NCBI RefSeq assembly: GCF_963853765.1
Contig: NC_088859.1
Span: 5,084,001-5,148,000, forward strand
Length of the DNA stretch: 64,000 bases
Direction of reading: 5' to 3'
DNA from: Magallana gigas
Taxonomy: Eukaryota
Shown here: one piece after another, positions 51,781 to 64,000 of the stretch
Layout of the letters: the number at the start of each line of letters is the position of its first letter
Numbering within the stretch: position 1 is the stretch's first letter
Notes under the pieces: generated by a model
Database searches by the model: none
What the model was told of the DNA's origin: nothing
Seen by the model: only the letters and a program-made list of their open reading frames with translations
Program-made: the position numbers and the translations under genes

Positions 51781-52098
51781 TAAGGAATAAGGAATCATGT
51801 TTTGAGTATTATGATGTGATAATTTTGGTCGGGGCGTGATCAAATCCAATAAAGCCCAAAGGGCTTTATTATAGATTTGATCACGCCCCGACCGAAATTA
51901 TCACCTCATAATATTCAAAGAATGATTCCTTATTTCTTATATTTATATAATTTTAGGCCATTGTACGATTAAATCTTTAAATATAAATATGCAAACCCCG
52001 CCGGCGCCTCAATTTGGCGTCATTTGTATTATGGGTTATATAGTACAAAATCGATACGTAGTGTTATCACAGACAAAGACACCGGATAATGTAAATAT
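51781..52098. mobile_element. ~320-bp insertion with a 145-bp near-perfect hairpin (51788-51932), unit 4 only
   Basis: TAAGGAATCAT...GGTCGGGGCGTGATCAAATC-AATAAAGCCC-AAA-GGGCTTTATT-GATTTGATCACGCCCCGACC...ATGATTCCTTA; empty site TGGTAATATATAAAATTGTG at ~423-442. Confidence 0.75.
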
Positions 52099-52360
52099 AT
52101 CAAATTGTGTTTGAAATAAATTGCAGAGTCCAACGAACTATATTACGAATTGGTGGGGTCCAAGATACATTCTATCTGTTATATGATAGATATTTTTAAT
52201 GTGTATCAAGTATCAAGCCAGCAAACATTCTAAATTTTCTCAAATCTTTTAATTTGAGAACAGTTAGAGGTGGACAATCTGAAGAATGTGGCAATAACTG
52301 TGATAGCCAGCAACCGTTCGCAGTACCTATTTAGGTGAGTTACTGTAAATGATGCAGTAT

Positions 52361-52402
<42 letters not shown>

Positions 52403-52591
52403 CATCCATCCATCCATCCATCTGTCTGTCTTATGTGATAACCAACAACCATCTGCAGTATCTCAATAGGTAAGATATATCCCCAGTATCTCTATAGGTG
52501 AGTTATAAGTCCATGAACAATATTTCTTCAGGTGAGTTAAAAGTCTATAGTATCTCTATGGATGAGATAAAAGTCTACAGTATCTCATTAA

Positions 52592-53033
52592 GGTAAGGTT
52601 TGCGGTTACAGGGAGATAACTCACACATTTTCATTGTGACGTAACACCAACTACCCTTTATTTTAGTTATGACGTCAAAACTTATATGACGTCATAATTG
52701 ATTTCATTTTTGTTGCATTTTATTCTATTTTTAGATAGTTCATCAGAAATTAATAAAAGTGAATCATAATATTAATAGTGATATTATTTTCGAACATTTT
52801 AAGCATAAATAACCCCCATAATAGTCACACATAAAATGTACATATTTTCACGAAATTGTTTACATTTCATCAAAATGAAAATTGGAAATCATGAAATTTG
52901 ACCTTTTGTAGTTATAAAACGGGACGAGAAAAATTCATTTGAATTTCATGAGAAAAAAGACTTTAGTATAGTGAACAAAATGGTATGTAACTTTGGTACA
53001 ACCTCTAAAAAATGCAAGCCGCAAACCTTACCT
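52592..53033. mobile_element. MITE with TTAA target duplication and GGTAAGGTTTGCGG TIRs (Kolobok-like), unit 4 only
   Basis: TTAA|GGTAAGGTTTGCGG ... CCGCAAACCTTACC|TTAA, a perfect 14-bp TIR, inserted in the 30-bp minisatellite. Confidence 0.85.
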
Positions 53034-54274
53034 TAAGTCCCCAGTATCTCTATTGGTGAATTATAAGTCCTAAATTTAAACCACCTTTAACTCTCTCACC
53101 CTAGTACATTGAATACTTGTACTTTAAGGGAGTGTTCCTAACCCTGATACCTTTACCTACTCCACAGGATCTGCTTCTGTAGTCATGGCTGTCCACCTAT
53201 CATTATGTTTCTTTTCATTGACCATTGAAGTGATATAATGAGCATTGATATTATCTTCTTTTTATATCATATCTATTTGTTTGCTGTGTGATACCCTGCT
53301 GTTATTTTACATCCCCAGGATGCTGGTCAGACTGTTAGGTACGTCAGGAGTCCGAGCCGACATGATCACGGTGTTCATCGATGGATTCTTCCAGGTCTGT
53401 ACATCCCTAAAAATTGTTGTTACAATAGACTGCATAACACACACAGTTAACACTATGTTTACTGACAAGCTTATGGGAATATAATTGTGTGTGTAATTTT
53501 CCTGTGTCAGGAGCCCCTGGAGGTGACCAGACTGCTCGGATTGAGGGGAATACAGCACACATCCCAGGGGAAGAAGAACGCCAGAGTCAGCCAGCACTAC
53601 AAGGCCAGCCTTACTGCCACCTTTGACCTTCACCCAGTAAGTCCTTGACTTTCTATTTTCTACTTTATACCATGGTTTTTAGAAATATGTACATTTATGC
53701 TGTAGATACAACTTTTGTATCAAGGAGAAACTCTTTTTTCAAACAATCCTATATGATCATCAGTGATTGTGTGTAAAATGGTTTAGGGGTCACAGCCACA
53801 ATACATAGGTACTCTTTGGATACCCCGGCTTCCTCCCTTATTGTTGACTCCTTTGTGTCAACATTCATGCTTACAAAGGATAGTTATATAAATTGTTTAA
53901 GTTTGTTTATCAATGTTGCAAAAATAAGTTTAGTTTAAATGGAAATACATGTCATTTCAAATTTCTCTCCAGGAGGCTTTGTATACCGTTGTCATTGAGG
54001 AAGATCTAGATGTGTCACCAGACTTTTTCAAGTAGGTCAATTATGTCTGCTATGAACTGTAAAGCCAGTTATATTTATTTCAGAGGAACAAAGAAAAGTA
54101 AAACTCTGTCTTTTAATGTTGATGCTATATTCATGTAAATGTCATCAAATATGTACAAATGTAATTCATTCCTCCGTAAACTACCAGTGTTCTGCTTGTT
54201 TCAGTTACTTCAGTCAGACCCTGCACCTGATGGAGAAGGACAGCAGTTTGTACTGTATCTCTGCTTGGAACGAC

Positions 54275-54850
54275 CAGGTAAATAAAACTGAACACATTCC
54301 AACATCAGTTTATGCTGTGTGACCAAGTGAGTAAACTGAACACATCCCAACATCAGTTGATGGTGTTTGAGCAGGTAAGTAAACCGAACACATTCCAACA
54401 TCAGTTGATGGTGTTTGAGCAGGTAAGTAAACCGAACACATTCCAACATCAGTTTATGGTGGTTGAGCAGGTAAGTAAACCGAACACATTCCAACATCAG
54501 TTTATGGTGGTTGAGCAGGTAAGTAAAACTGAACACATTCCAACATCAGTTTATGGTGGTTGAGCAGGTAAGTAAAACTGAACACATTCCAACATCAGTT
54601 TATGGTGGTTGAGCAGGTAAGTAAAACTGAACACATTCCAACATCAGTTTATGGTGGTTGAGCAGGTAAGTAAAACTGAACACATTCCAACATCAGTTTA
54701 TGGTGGTTGAGCAGGTGAGTAAGACCGAAAACATTCCAACATCAGTCTATGGTGGTTGAGCAGGTAAATAAACTGAATGCATCCCAACATCAGTCTATGC
54801 TGTGTGACCAGGTAAGTACACTGAACGCATTCCAACATCAGTTTATGGTG
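54275..54850 (+). repeat. 48-49-bp intronic minisatellite, ~12 units (single unit only in copy 2 at ~20467-20510)
   Basis: Same unit as 2247-3010. Confidence 0.95.
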
Positions 54851-57344
54851 TATCTTTGCTTGGAATGAACAGTTGAGTAAACTGGATGAAATGATAATTT
54901 CACGGTTGTTATTAGAATCAAATTTTCTTATTAAAAATTTAATTGATAATAGTTGATAAAAAATAACTATCCTATTATGTATATTTATAAAGGTCACATC
55001 ATTGTTGGTAATGTTGACCTATTTGTTTTGGTTAACAAGAGATTCCCACTTAAGTAAAGACTGTCAACATAACATTTTTCACCTCAAAAAAGTATCAGCC
55101 TCATTCTGTGCTTCAACCCCAATTTACTTCTTTAAAGACATGAACCTTTTTATATGCTCAAGGTCAAATTTTTGTATCCTTAAGGTCAAATTTTTGTTAA
55201 GATTTGGCATGGTTCCTTGTTTTAGGGTTACTCCCACTCATGTAAGGACCCACGTAAGCTGTACCGGGTGGAGACCATGCCGGGGCTGGGCTGGCTGCTG
55301 AAGAAGAAACTCTTTAAGGACGAACTGGAGAAACAGTGGCCTTCTTCTGACAAAGTAAGGACAAACTGATTTTTAACAGACAAATTATCTTTCATAAGTT
55401 TAAGCCCTAACCCTTATCAAAACTATGCTAAAAACTTATTTTTACTTAAATTTCATTTTCCTTTATTAAATCTAAAATACTGTTTGATATTTCACAATGA
55501 TATGATGTCAGTCTTGACGTAGTTTTACTTCCGTTTACCTTGTAATTAGTCATGTGATGACTTACCTTTAATTAACACCTGTGTGTTTCTGTGATTGACA
55601 GCAGTGGGACTGGGACATGTGGATGCGTCTCCCCACGGTCAGGAAGAACCGGGAGTGTATCATTCCGGACATCTCCCGCACCTATCACTTTGGATCTAAA
55701 GGACTCAACATGAATCCGTACTTCCAGGAAGTCTACTTAAAAAAAACACTCCATTGTTAACGAATCTAACGTCGCTCTGAAGGACCTAGACAAGTGAAAC
55801 TGAACTTCTTCCTTTGTAATGTAAACTCCTCCATGAATTGATATAGACTTAATATTTACATTTTTCAGTGTGTTTGTCTTATATACCAATATAAGTACAT
55901 ATAATAAGGAATCATTCTTTGAATATTATGAGGTGATAATTATCTCCTCATAATACTTAAAGAATGATTCCTTACTGTAGATTCTAAATTAAACGCGAGG
56001 AAATAATAGGCATATCCACGTAAAATCGCAAGAAGCATCCTTCGCAGATTTAAAAATCTCGCCATTATTTTCTGAGAGTTGAAAACTATAAGAAATAAGG
56101 AGAAAAATACAACGTTCGCGATTTCATATTCTCGCATTTTGATACAAACCAGCAGGATCGCAGACTTAAGTACTCGCGTATTATAAGGAATTTACAGTAT
56201 TCCTTTAGTAAAACCAATACCTTTGTAAGTTTTGATATATAAGTCACCTGTGTTTAATTTTATTTTTGGTCATAAATTTACATCTGTCTTTATAGATTCA
56301 TAAATTTTCAATTTTAAAACTAAAAACATTTATGTGTTTTAATGTACATGTATATGTTATATTCCGTATTACAAATGACAGATGAACAAATGCATAAATA
56401 ACTCATTTGTATAATAATCTTGATGCAAATTTGAATATAAAAATGTAATCTGAATATTTTCCAGGATGACAGCTGACAAATACGAGGTGATGATAAATGA
56501 GATCCTGAAGTCAGGGGTAGTAGTGGACCACAGCAAGGACCCGTGTGATAGCGGGCTGGTCCCCGACAACAAGGTACATATGGTACATTATATATCTATA
56601 TATACAGTACATATAGTACATTATATGTATAACTATAGTACATATAGTACATTATATATATAACTATAATATAATAGTACATTATATATATATACAGTAC
56701 ATATAGTACATTATATATATAACTATAGTACATATAGTACATTATATATATGATTCTAGTACATATAGTACATTATATATATAACTATAGTACATATAGT
56801 TCATTATATATATAACCATAGTACATATAGTACATTATATATATAACTATAGTACATATAGTACATTATATATATATAACTATAGTACATATACATGATC
56901 ACAGCAAGGATCCGTGTGATAGCGGGCTTGTTCCTGACAACAAGGTATATACATGAAGTAAACATATACATTACTCTAGTACCTGTCCATGAGTGCAGTA
57001 CGTTGTATTTTGTCTATTGTTTATTTTAAGGACTTTTTATAGTTGAATGTTAATTCTGAACTATTTACTTTCTAAAATTAAAAGTTCTTATAGTATAAAT
57101 CAGCAGGCACTGAGGCTGTGATGCTTAGATAACAGTCATAAAAGAGACAGTAGTCTGTGATGCTCATCAACAACCTCTATATACCACCAAAATAAATGCC
57201 GGTGGACAGTTCTTCTGTTTTAGTTTTCTAAAGACTTGTTACTCATTTTAAAACAGATTTATATTTTGTCTAGGATACTGTACATGTCATGTACATACAG
57301 ATGCCACATCCCACAGATTTAACCACCTGGAAAGAACTCGCCAA

Positions 57345-57383
<39 letters not shown>

Positions 57384-60300
57384 TGGAATTTTTATTATAC
57401 ATGGTTGCCTGATATTCATGAATTTATAGGGCACCTGCCTGTGAATTTTAATCATTAACAAATTATAAGACCTGATCATTGTATCCATTATTAAAAAATG
57501 GAAATCCACAAATTTGTTTAATTTATTTTTAAGCATTAATTCAAAATATTATAGATTTAGATATACCGGTAGATTGAATAAAGAATGAGTACTATAACNN
57601 NNNNNNNNNNNNNNNNNNNNNNNNNNNNNNNNNNNNNNNNNNNNNNNNNNNNNNNNNNNNNNNNNNNNNNNNNNNNNNNNNNNNNNNNNNNNNNNNNNNN
57701 NNNNNNNNNNNNNNNNNNNNNNNNNNNAGAATTCTCTAACAGTGTTATCCTGTGTGATCACTCATTTAAACTACAGGAATTTCCTGTTTCTGTGTTTTAG
57801 TGCTACCATTTGTGGGATCTAGATGTGCGAGGATTTCACAAGGTATGACTTCTTACTATAAGTAGATGCAGATGAAGTTATTTATTGTATTATATATTAC
57901 TTTTATGACTTTTGAAGCAACAATCAATCCATATAAAAATGAGAATATAAGTTTTGTGTTTGCTGATTTCAGAGTGTGTGGAGACTCTACCTGAATGGAA
58001 CACCTGTACTACTAGTGGGGGTACCTACTTCCCCCTACCAGTAAGTCTCTCTCTCTCATCACCCTTGATCTTATAAGGTTTTAAGCAGTTTAAATATGGT
58101 TCTTGTTATTCAGTCATGTCTTTTTATCTAACTCTGCAGATTTATTTCGTTGTTTCCTTAAATAAATGAAAATATTTTCTTTCCATCAATTATTAAGCAA
58201 AGGCAAAGGTCAATTTTTATCTAGTCTTTGACATACATTTGTTTATTTATTTACACAGCTCGCATAAACCAGACAGTGTGAAGCCATTTGTACAGAAGGA
58301 ACGATCAAAGAAAGCCAAGGCCCAGTAGTGGGATGACCCCTGACCCCAGTAAAGGGCTGTCCCCTGCCTGCAATACATCCCCAGGGTAGATCTGGCTCTG
58401 ACTACTTGTAAACTTAGGAATTTGACTCAGCTTTTCCTCCTCTTGGACCAGGGTCTAGACACAATTTACAATAAACAGGGTAACAGGAGGGAATTCTGTA
58501 AGGAACTGTTGTGTGCAATATTATCATCTTGTTGGATTTAACACATCTTTTTTGTTATGATAAACCAATGTCTGTTTTAAGTACACTGGTGTGTATTGTT
58601 AGCTTCAAGATATGGATTACTCTTGAGTTTTTGATAAGTACATGTTATTATTATTTTTGATACATGTACAACGAAGCTGTACCGTAGCAGAAATAGTCTC
58701 CTTCTGATTGTCCTATATCCCTGGGTGATTTACATGTAAAAGACAAAAGTTGTACAGAATGTATATTTTCCTGTACAACTGCAATGAAAAACTAATTCCA
58801 GGAATAAGGTCCAAGTAATAGATTTAGAAGCTGCACATAGCGTTTGATGGTGCAAAGTTTTCTCTTTATTCTGTTTGGTTTTTTTTTCATCTAATCAATG
58901 AAGAATATTTTTAATGCCAATGTTTTTCCTAATGACCAACCATAAATATATCTTGTTCCGATTAGAGTCAATGTTCACCGCCTACCAGTTGTAGGGATAC
59001 TTGTTATCTTAACATCTCCTAACGAACCTAGCATTTACAGTAACCTGCTTTTTCATTGTGTGGTATGTTTACCCTGCTCAAAGTTTGATTGGTGATATCT
59101 AGTGATAAAAACAGGCCTTTAAGCTTTCAGCTGATATTCTAGTAATACATGTACACTCAAAAAATGCATCACATTATTATAAATTGTTTACTTAAAACTG
59201 CATTATTCTAGTACTGAATGAACAAAAAACCGTTATGTGTTCAATGAACATCATATCAATGATTTCTTATGAGAGATTATTGTAATGTATATGAATGTAC
59301 ATTTATATATCAAATGCCAAATTCCAAAAAACAAAGGACATTTAAATGATCTTAAGATATGCCATATTCTTTTCAGATGATTTATATTCGCTGACGGACA
59401 TTTAAACATTCCTTGATGTTGTTTTAAGCGTTTGTGATATGTTTTTAGTAGACGACTTTCACATCAACAAAATATGTCTGCTAGGGTCAATCTAAGGTCA
59501 ATGTGTGAAGGTCACTTATCCTTTTACAACATTAACATCTCTCCAGAACTATGTCTATTGTATTCTCATTATGTTTCTTGTGTTGTAAACTGTTGTTCCA
59601 TACAATCAATAAGATAAGATTTGAACAAAACTGTTGAAACATTTGTTGAAATATTGATATGGTTTATTAAGTTTACCAAGTTAACATTGCACAAACATAT
59701 AGGTTTCAATTTTTTATGCCAAAAAATATTATTGCAACTAAGTGTATATTGAGGACTGATTAGTATTGAAGTAGTTTGCAAAAAGGGCAAAAATAACCCG
59801 TCTAAAGTATTTCAAAAAGGTAATGAAAGTTAAATATAGGTGATTAAAGAAAATGCTGATAATTAAAATTTCTCTAATTTTGTTAATTAAGTAAGATGCT
59901 TTACATGAATTTTAATTAACTATCCTCTTTTGTTAGAGTTCTGGGCATATCAATTTCAGTACACTCATCATTGCTCGGCATGCGCACTGCTTTTACGTCT
60001 TTTACACCTGTTTGTTTGTGCTTCATTTGAACTGCTATTGAGACAGGTTGTGATTTAATATTTCTATGCAATTTTTTTATGGCTATTATTTTTTTAATGA
60101 AGTTGATTTACAAGTAAATATACTTTCACTGTTGTATATGTCTTTGGCTTTTTTATTTAAAGATTTACATGTACTTATATTTTTGATCAGTTTTTCTCTT
60201 TTAAAAAAATGGTGTACTTCAGAAACTGTGCTATGAACACTGATGATAATTTATTTTAATCTGACTCAAAATTGTCTTTTTTCATCTACTGATATTGTAA

Positions 60301-61835
60301 TTCTTGACGTTCTAGCTGTTTCGGTCCCTAATAAACCTGATATTATGTGGGTCATGTCTATTACATTTGAAAGTTACGTTAAAAGGTTAATCAATCTGCC
60401 GTGTTTTGAAGTTTAACTGCAGTGACTCAACTTTTGTTACACACTGTGGATTGATTTGTGTTAATTAGTGCAGTTTTTAGATGTAGTAGTTTGGTGCCAT
60501 TCGGTGTATTTATACTCTTAAAAAACAGCTAGGTTATGGCAGGTTAAGTCTGGGCTGTGCTGAGATCAAAGTAATGAATGTAAAGATCCTGCTTGTGTTT
60601 AGGGGGTGGAGTAAAAGTAGAGTAAAGCAAGGATAGCCCAGACTGATCTTGCATAAAAGTTCAGCTATTTCTGATATGATTGCTAACTACGCCAAACAAA
60701 ATGTAGTATACATTGTGTGCATTCATGTAGTTTATATGTATAATATTTATTTTCTCATAAAAAGCATTTATTTTTTTCAATGAAACAACTCTAGTCTTAT
60801 AATAAAATAAATCTGAATTTACAATATTAATTTAGTAAATTCAATTTCTGGTTATTTTAATAAAATAGATTTTTAAAAAAAATGCTGTTATTTTGTTGTT
60901 TATGATAAGAGTGTCTCAGCAATACCAGGAAATGTATACATGACGTCATCGCTATTTTTGTTCCCGTTTTGTGCAGGTACACGCAGGCAACAATATGTAG
61001 CTTATATCTCTCTAAATTCAATATTGTTTCACGAAATGAATAGTTCTAAACAATCTTCAAATCAACACCGCGTTCTTCGGAAGTTTGTTTAATTGAAAAG
61101 TCTTTGCCATAAGCTGACATAATGTACCGAAGTTGATCAAGGTTGTGTAAATAAAGAGACAATTATCTGTTTGTTTTAGAATTTAACTGTGCATGTAAGC
61201 GGTGTATGTTCGTGTAATACAGCTCATTTAAGACGCAGGTTTGCGTTATTGTAAAAGTTCAGCCAAACTTTCACCGGTCCGCGGGTCAGGTGTATGGTAC
61301 ACAGGTATACAGGTGGGCGAGGGGTCAGGTACAAGGCTTGTTTTGTTGACTTAACCTCAGTCAAATGAAGTCGCGAGGAATGCCGGGTAGATGAATTACC
61401 ATTATTTATATTATTAGACAATTACGTATTTATAAAATCACGAAGGGCAGGGTAATGGGAAATTATCATGTCTGCTCGCCCTCAGGACTTTCAGTACTTT
61501 AATTGATCTAAGCCCCTCGCTGTGCCGATATACTCGTGTGGTCAATAACGCAAGACGCAATTATGTTGTAAAATGAACCAAGTCTGATTAACCGCATCAG
61601 ATCTGTTTTGAACAGGGGGAGGGTGTTAAAGAGAATACACTATAAACGCGTACTTGTGGTATTTTTTTCGTTTCGGTATACAAGTATGTATCTTTCAACT
61701 TAAAGTGTTAATGTATTCTTTAAGAATTCAAAGTAACAGGGGGTAACCGTTAAATCTCGCCAATTCGACAGTATATATCGTAGCTTTAAGATTATAGGAA
61801 ACGAAAACTAAATTGATAGAGATTGAGGAGTAATC

Positions 61836-61888
<53 letters not shown>

Positions 61889-64000
61889 CATTTTTTTTTT
61901 TATTTTCAAATTATAAATTCTCTTTGTAAAGCTCCAAAGAACATGATCGTAATGATAACAATGATAACATCTCTTTTCTGTTTACATCTTCATTATTGAA
62001 TTCACCATAATGTTATCTGATTTACTCGTGATGAGCTCCAATGCCTATTCGGTCTTAATTTAGATATAAAAACATTCCATACATTTCAATATACAAAAAG
62101 TTTTTATGACCAATCAAATAACCCAATTTTCTAAACATAGCAAACAAAAAAGTAATCTATTTTTGACAGTGTAACAATGTTACGAATAAAGGCATTGAAT
62201 TACGCTCGAATCTATTTTCTGGATTAAGAAAATAGCCATCAAATTTACCTTAATTTTTAGATATGACGTCTTATGTTCTAAACTATAATTTAGTAAAAAA
62301 AAAAAAAATTGATATTTTTAGCTTTCAATTTTGAATATTTTCCTTTATCTTTATACTGAGCTTTTCTTTTTAAGAGATCAATAAAGTCTAATTAAAATTT
62401 TTTAAAAATTGGTGGTGGTGGTGGTGGTGGGGGGAGGGGGGGGGGTATCCAGCCTTCTTAAGCCTCTTCGTCGTTTTGTCTCTCCGTCCATCTGTCTATT
62501 TAGCTTTTATTGAATCTCTCAATCGACGACAATGTTCCGATTCCCTCCTCCTCACTGACCATGCAGGAAGAAGTTCGGAATCCCTCCTCCTCATTGACCA
62601 GATAGAAGTTCGGAATCCGCTCCCGATAAACAAAAAAGAGCGAATCTAAAACATCAAAATTACACCCTCGCCATCCCTCAATAACATCCAAAAAATTGTA
62701 TGAGGTGTTTCAAAACTTCATCCCAATTCGTTCCAGGTTCTATTGTTTTAGTCATCGTCTCTCATTGGCCAAAGAGCCCAAAATCAGGTAGATTTTGGTT
62801 AGCTATCGGCGACACATAAGCTGTCATAATTCCAGGTTTAACTGGGTCACGTTAAATAGATTGAGTCATCAGTATTACTTTGTTCAAAGGGGTTTTAAAA
62901 GTGAAAAGTCAATTTCTATGACTTCTACACAGTATGTTTTGTTGTTCGAATATTTTCCACAAGAATGTCTAAAGGATTATAAACATGTTTCAGAAAAAGA
63001 TCATGTTCTTTCCAAATAAAAATATTCATATATGTTGACAGTTCAGTGAATAAATCATCCGTTTCACGATTTAATACACTAAACTATGTGACAAGGTTTT
63101 AGAACTAAAAAAAAAAAAGTTGCTAAATCTGCAAAAGAGGCCCAACTTCACTTCTCCCAGCATAACACAGATATTATGCCATGAACACAGTGAAGTATAC
63201 TGATTACATTTCTTCTGGAATTGCATACTAATTTTTTTTAAATTAATTAATTCATCTCTTAATTTCTGAAGCACAAATGCACGAGCGATATGAATTAATT
63301 AAATGGTTTGACAACGGGACAGAACTTTGGGATTATATTATAAAAACAGGTCACTGGCTCCTCTAATGATACAAATAGAACCCGTAATCCAATCTTATTT
63401 AATGACAGTTCAGTAGAATGGGGTATTGAGGGCTATCTTTGTCAAAAAATCGTTGACTCCAACAAAAATTACCCTCCACAACAAAGCAAAGAATCTTGTC
63501 TTGCTACTGAATGAGAAAAGTTAAATCGTTCAGACAGATTCAAACTTAAAAATGGACACAATAGGTATGAATATGAATGTTTTAAATGACCGGCCTTGGG
63601 GTTTTTTTGGTCAACAAGAAACGTAGGTGTATTAAGACCAAGTTCTTTGTCATAAACAACAAAGACAGGAATGGAATCGGGTCTGTAGAACAATAAGATG
63701 ATGTCATCCCTAAACAAAGGTATTGGCAATTTGACACAGTTTTGTTCATTCACAAACCAAATATTTACCACTATGGGGGACTTAGTCACCCCCACGAATA
63801 AAACTGGTGTGGGTAAATTGTACAGACAATAGACTGAGTAGGAGGCTGTATAACCCCGTGAGAATGGCGGACGTCCAAATCCAAAATAAGATTTGAAGAA
63901 AACCGTCCGCCGTTGGGTATCTCAGACAGACCTATGCCAGCCCCTATACAGTAAGTAACTCATCCTCGCTGTGTGACGGTGTGTTACGGCCCCTGGCTCT

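Larger units (their letters stand above)
43571..58328 (+). pseudogene. POMGNT1: POMGNT1 5'-truncated copy 4 (exons 43571-43669, 44239-44360, 52264-52334, 53319-53394, 53511-53636, 53973-54031, 54205-54277, 55226-55354, 55602-55793, 56465-56573, 57274-57345, 57801-57842, 57973-58040, 58259-58328)
   Basis: All 14 exons are present. There is an in-frame TAA at 44310-44312 (CGA in other copies) and a +1 A in the run at 55739-55746 (exon 192 vs 191 nt). Confidence 0.88.
1..62536 (+). repeat. Head-to-tail segmental tandem array (4 POMGNT1 segments, 3 cGLRs; stop-to-stop spacings 17,554, 13,390 and 20,828 bp)
   Basis: Exons, introns and downstream flank recur colinearly. Similarity to 10,931 and 41,699 stops abruptly at 62,536. 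Confidence 0.9.

Overview
AT-rich eukaryotic (spliceosomal-intron) DNA, most likely from a bivalve such as an oyster; this is inferred from the repeat types and the Mab-21/cGLR gene type. Almost all of the window (1 to ~62,536) is a head-to-tail tandem array of a 13-21 kb unit. Each unit carries the 3' part of POMGNT1 (protein O-mannose beta-1,2-GlcNAc transferase 1; up to 14 recognisable small exons, + strand). A cGAS-like receptor gene (cGLR / Mab-21 nucleotidyltransferase with a TPR-like C-terminal tail) is nested on the same strand inside one POMGNT1 intron. Four POMGNT1 segments and three cGLRs are visible. Every POMGNT1 segment has its own inactivating lesion. One cGLR is intact (~684 aa including a 23-nt start exon). 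The other two keep an open catalytic domain but are cut close to where the TPR-like tail begins. The units differ by many small non-autonomous DNA transposons and are mosaics of one another. Several intronic tandem repeats derive from exon/5'-splice-site junctions. Most short ORFs in the supplied track are spurious. Caveat: N-gaps indicate a draft assembly, so some frameshifts, or some of the copy number and mosaicism, could be assembly or haplotype artefacts.
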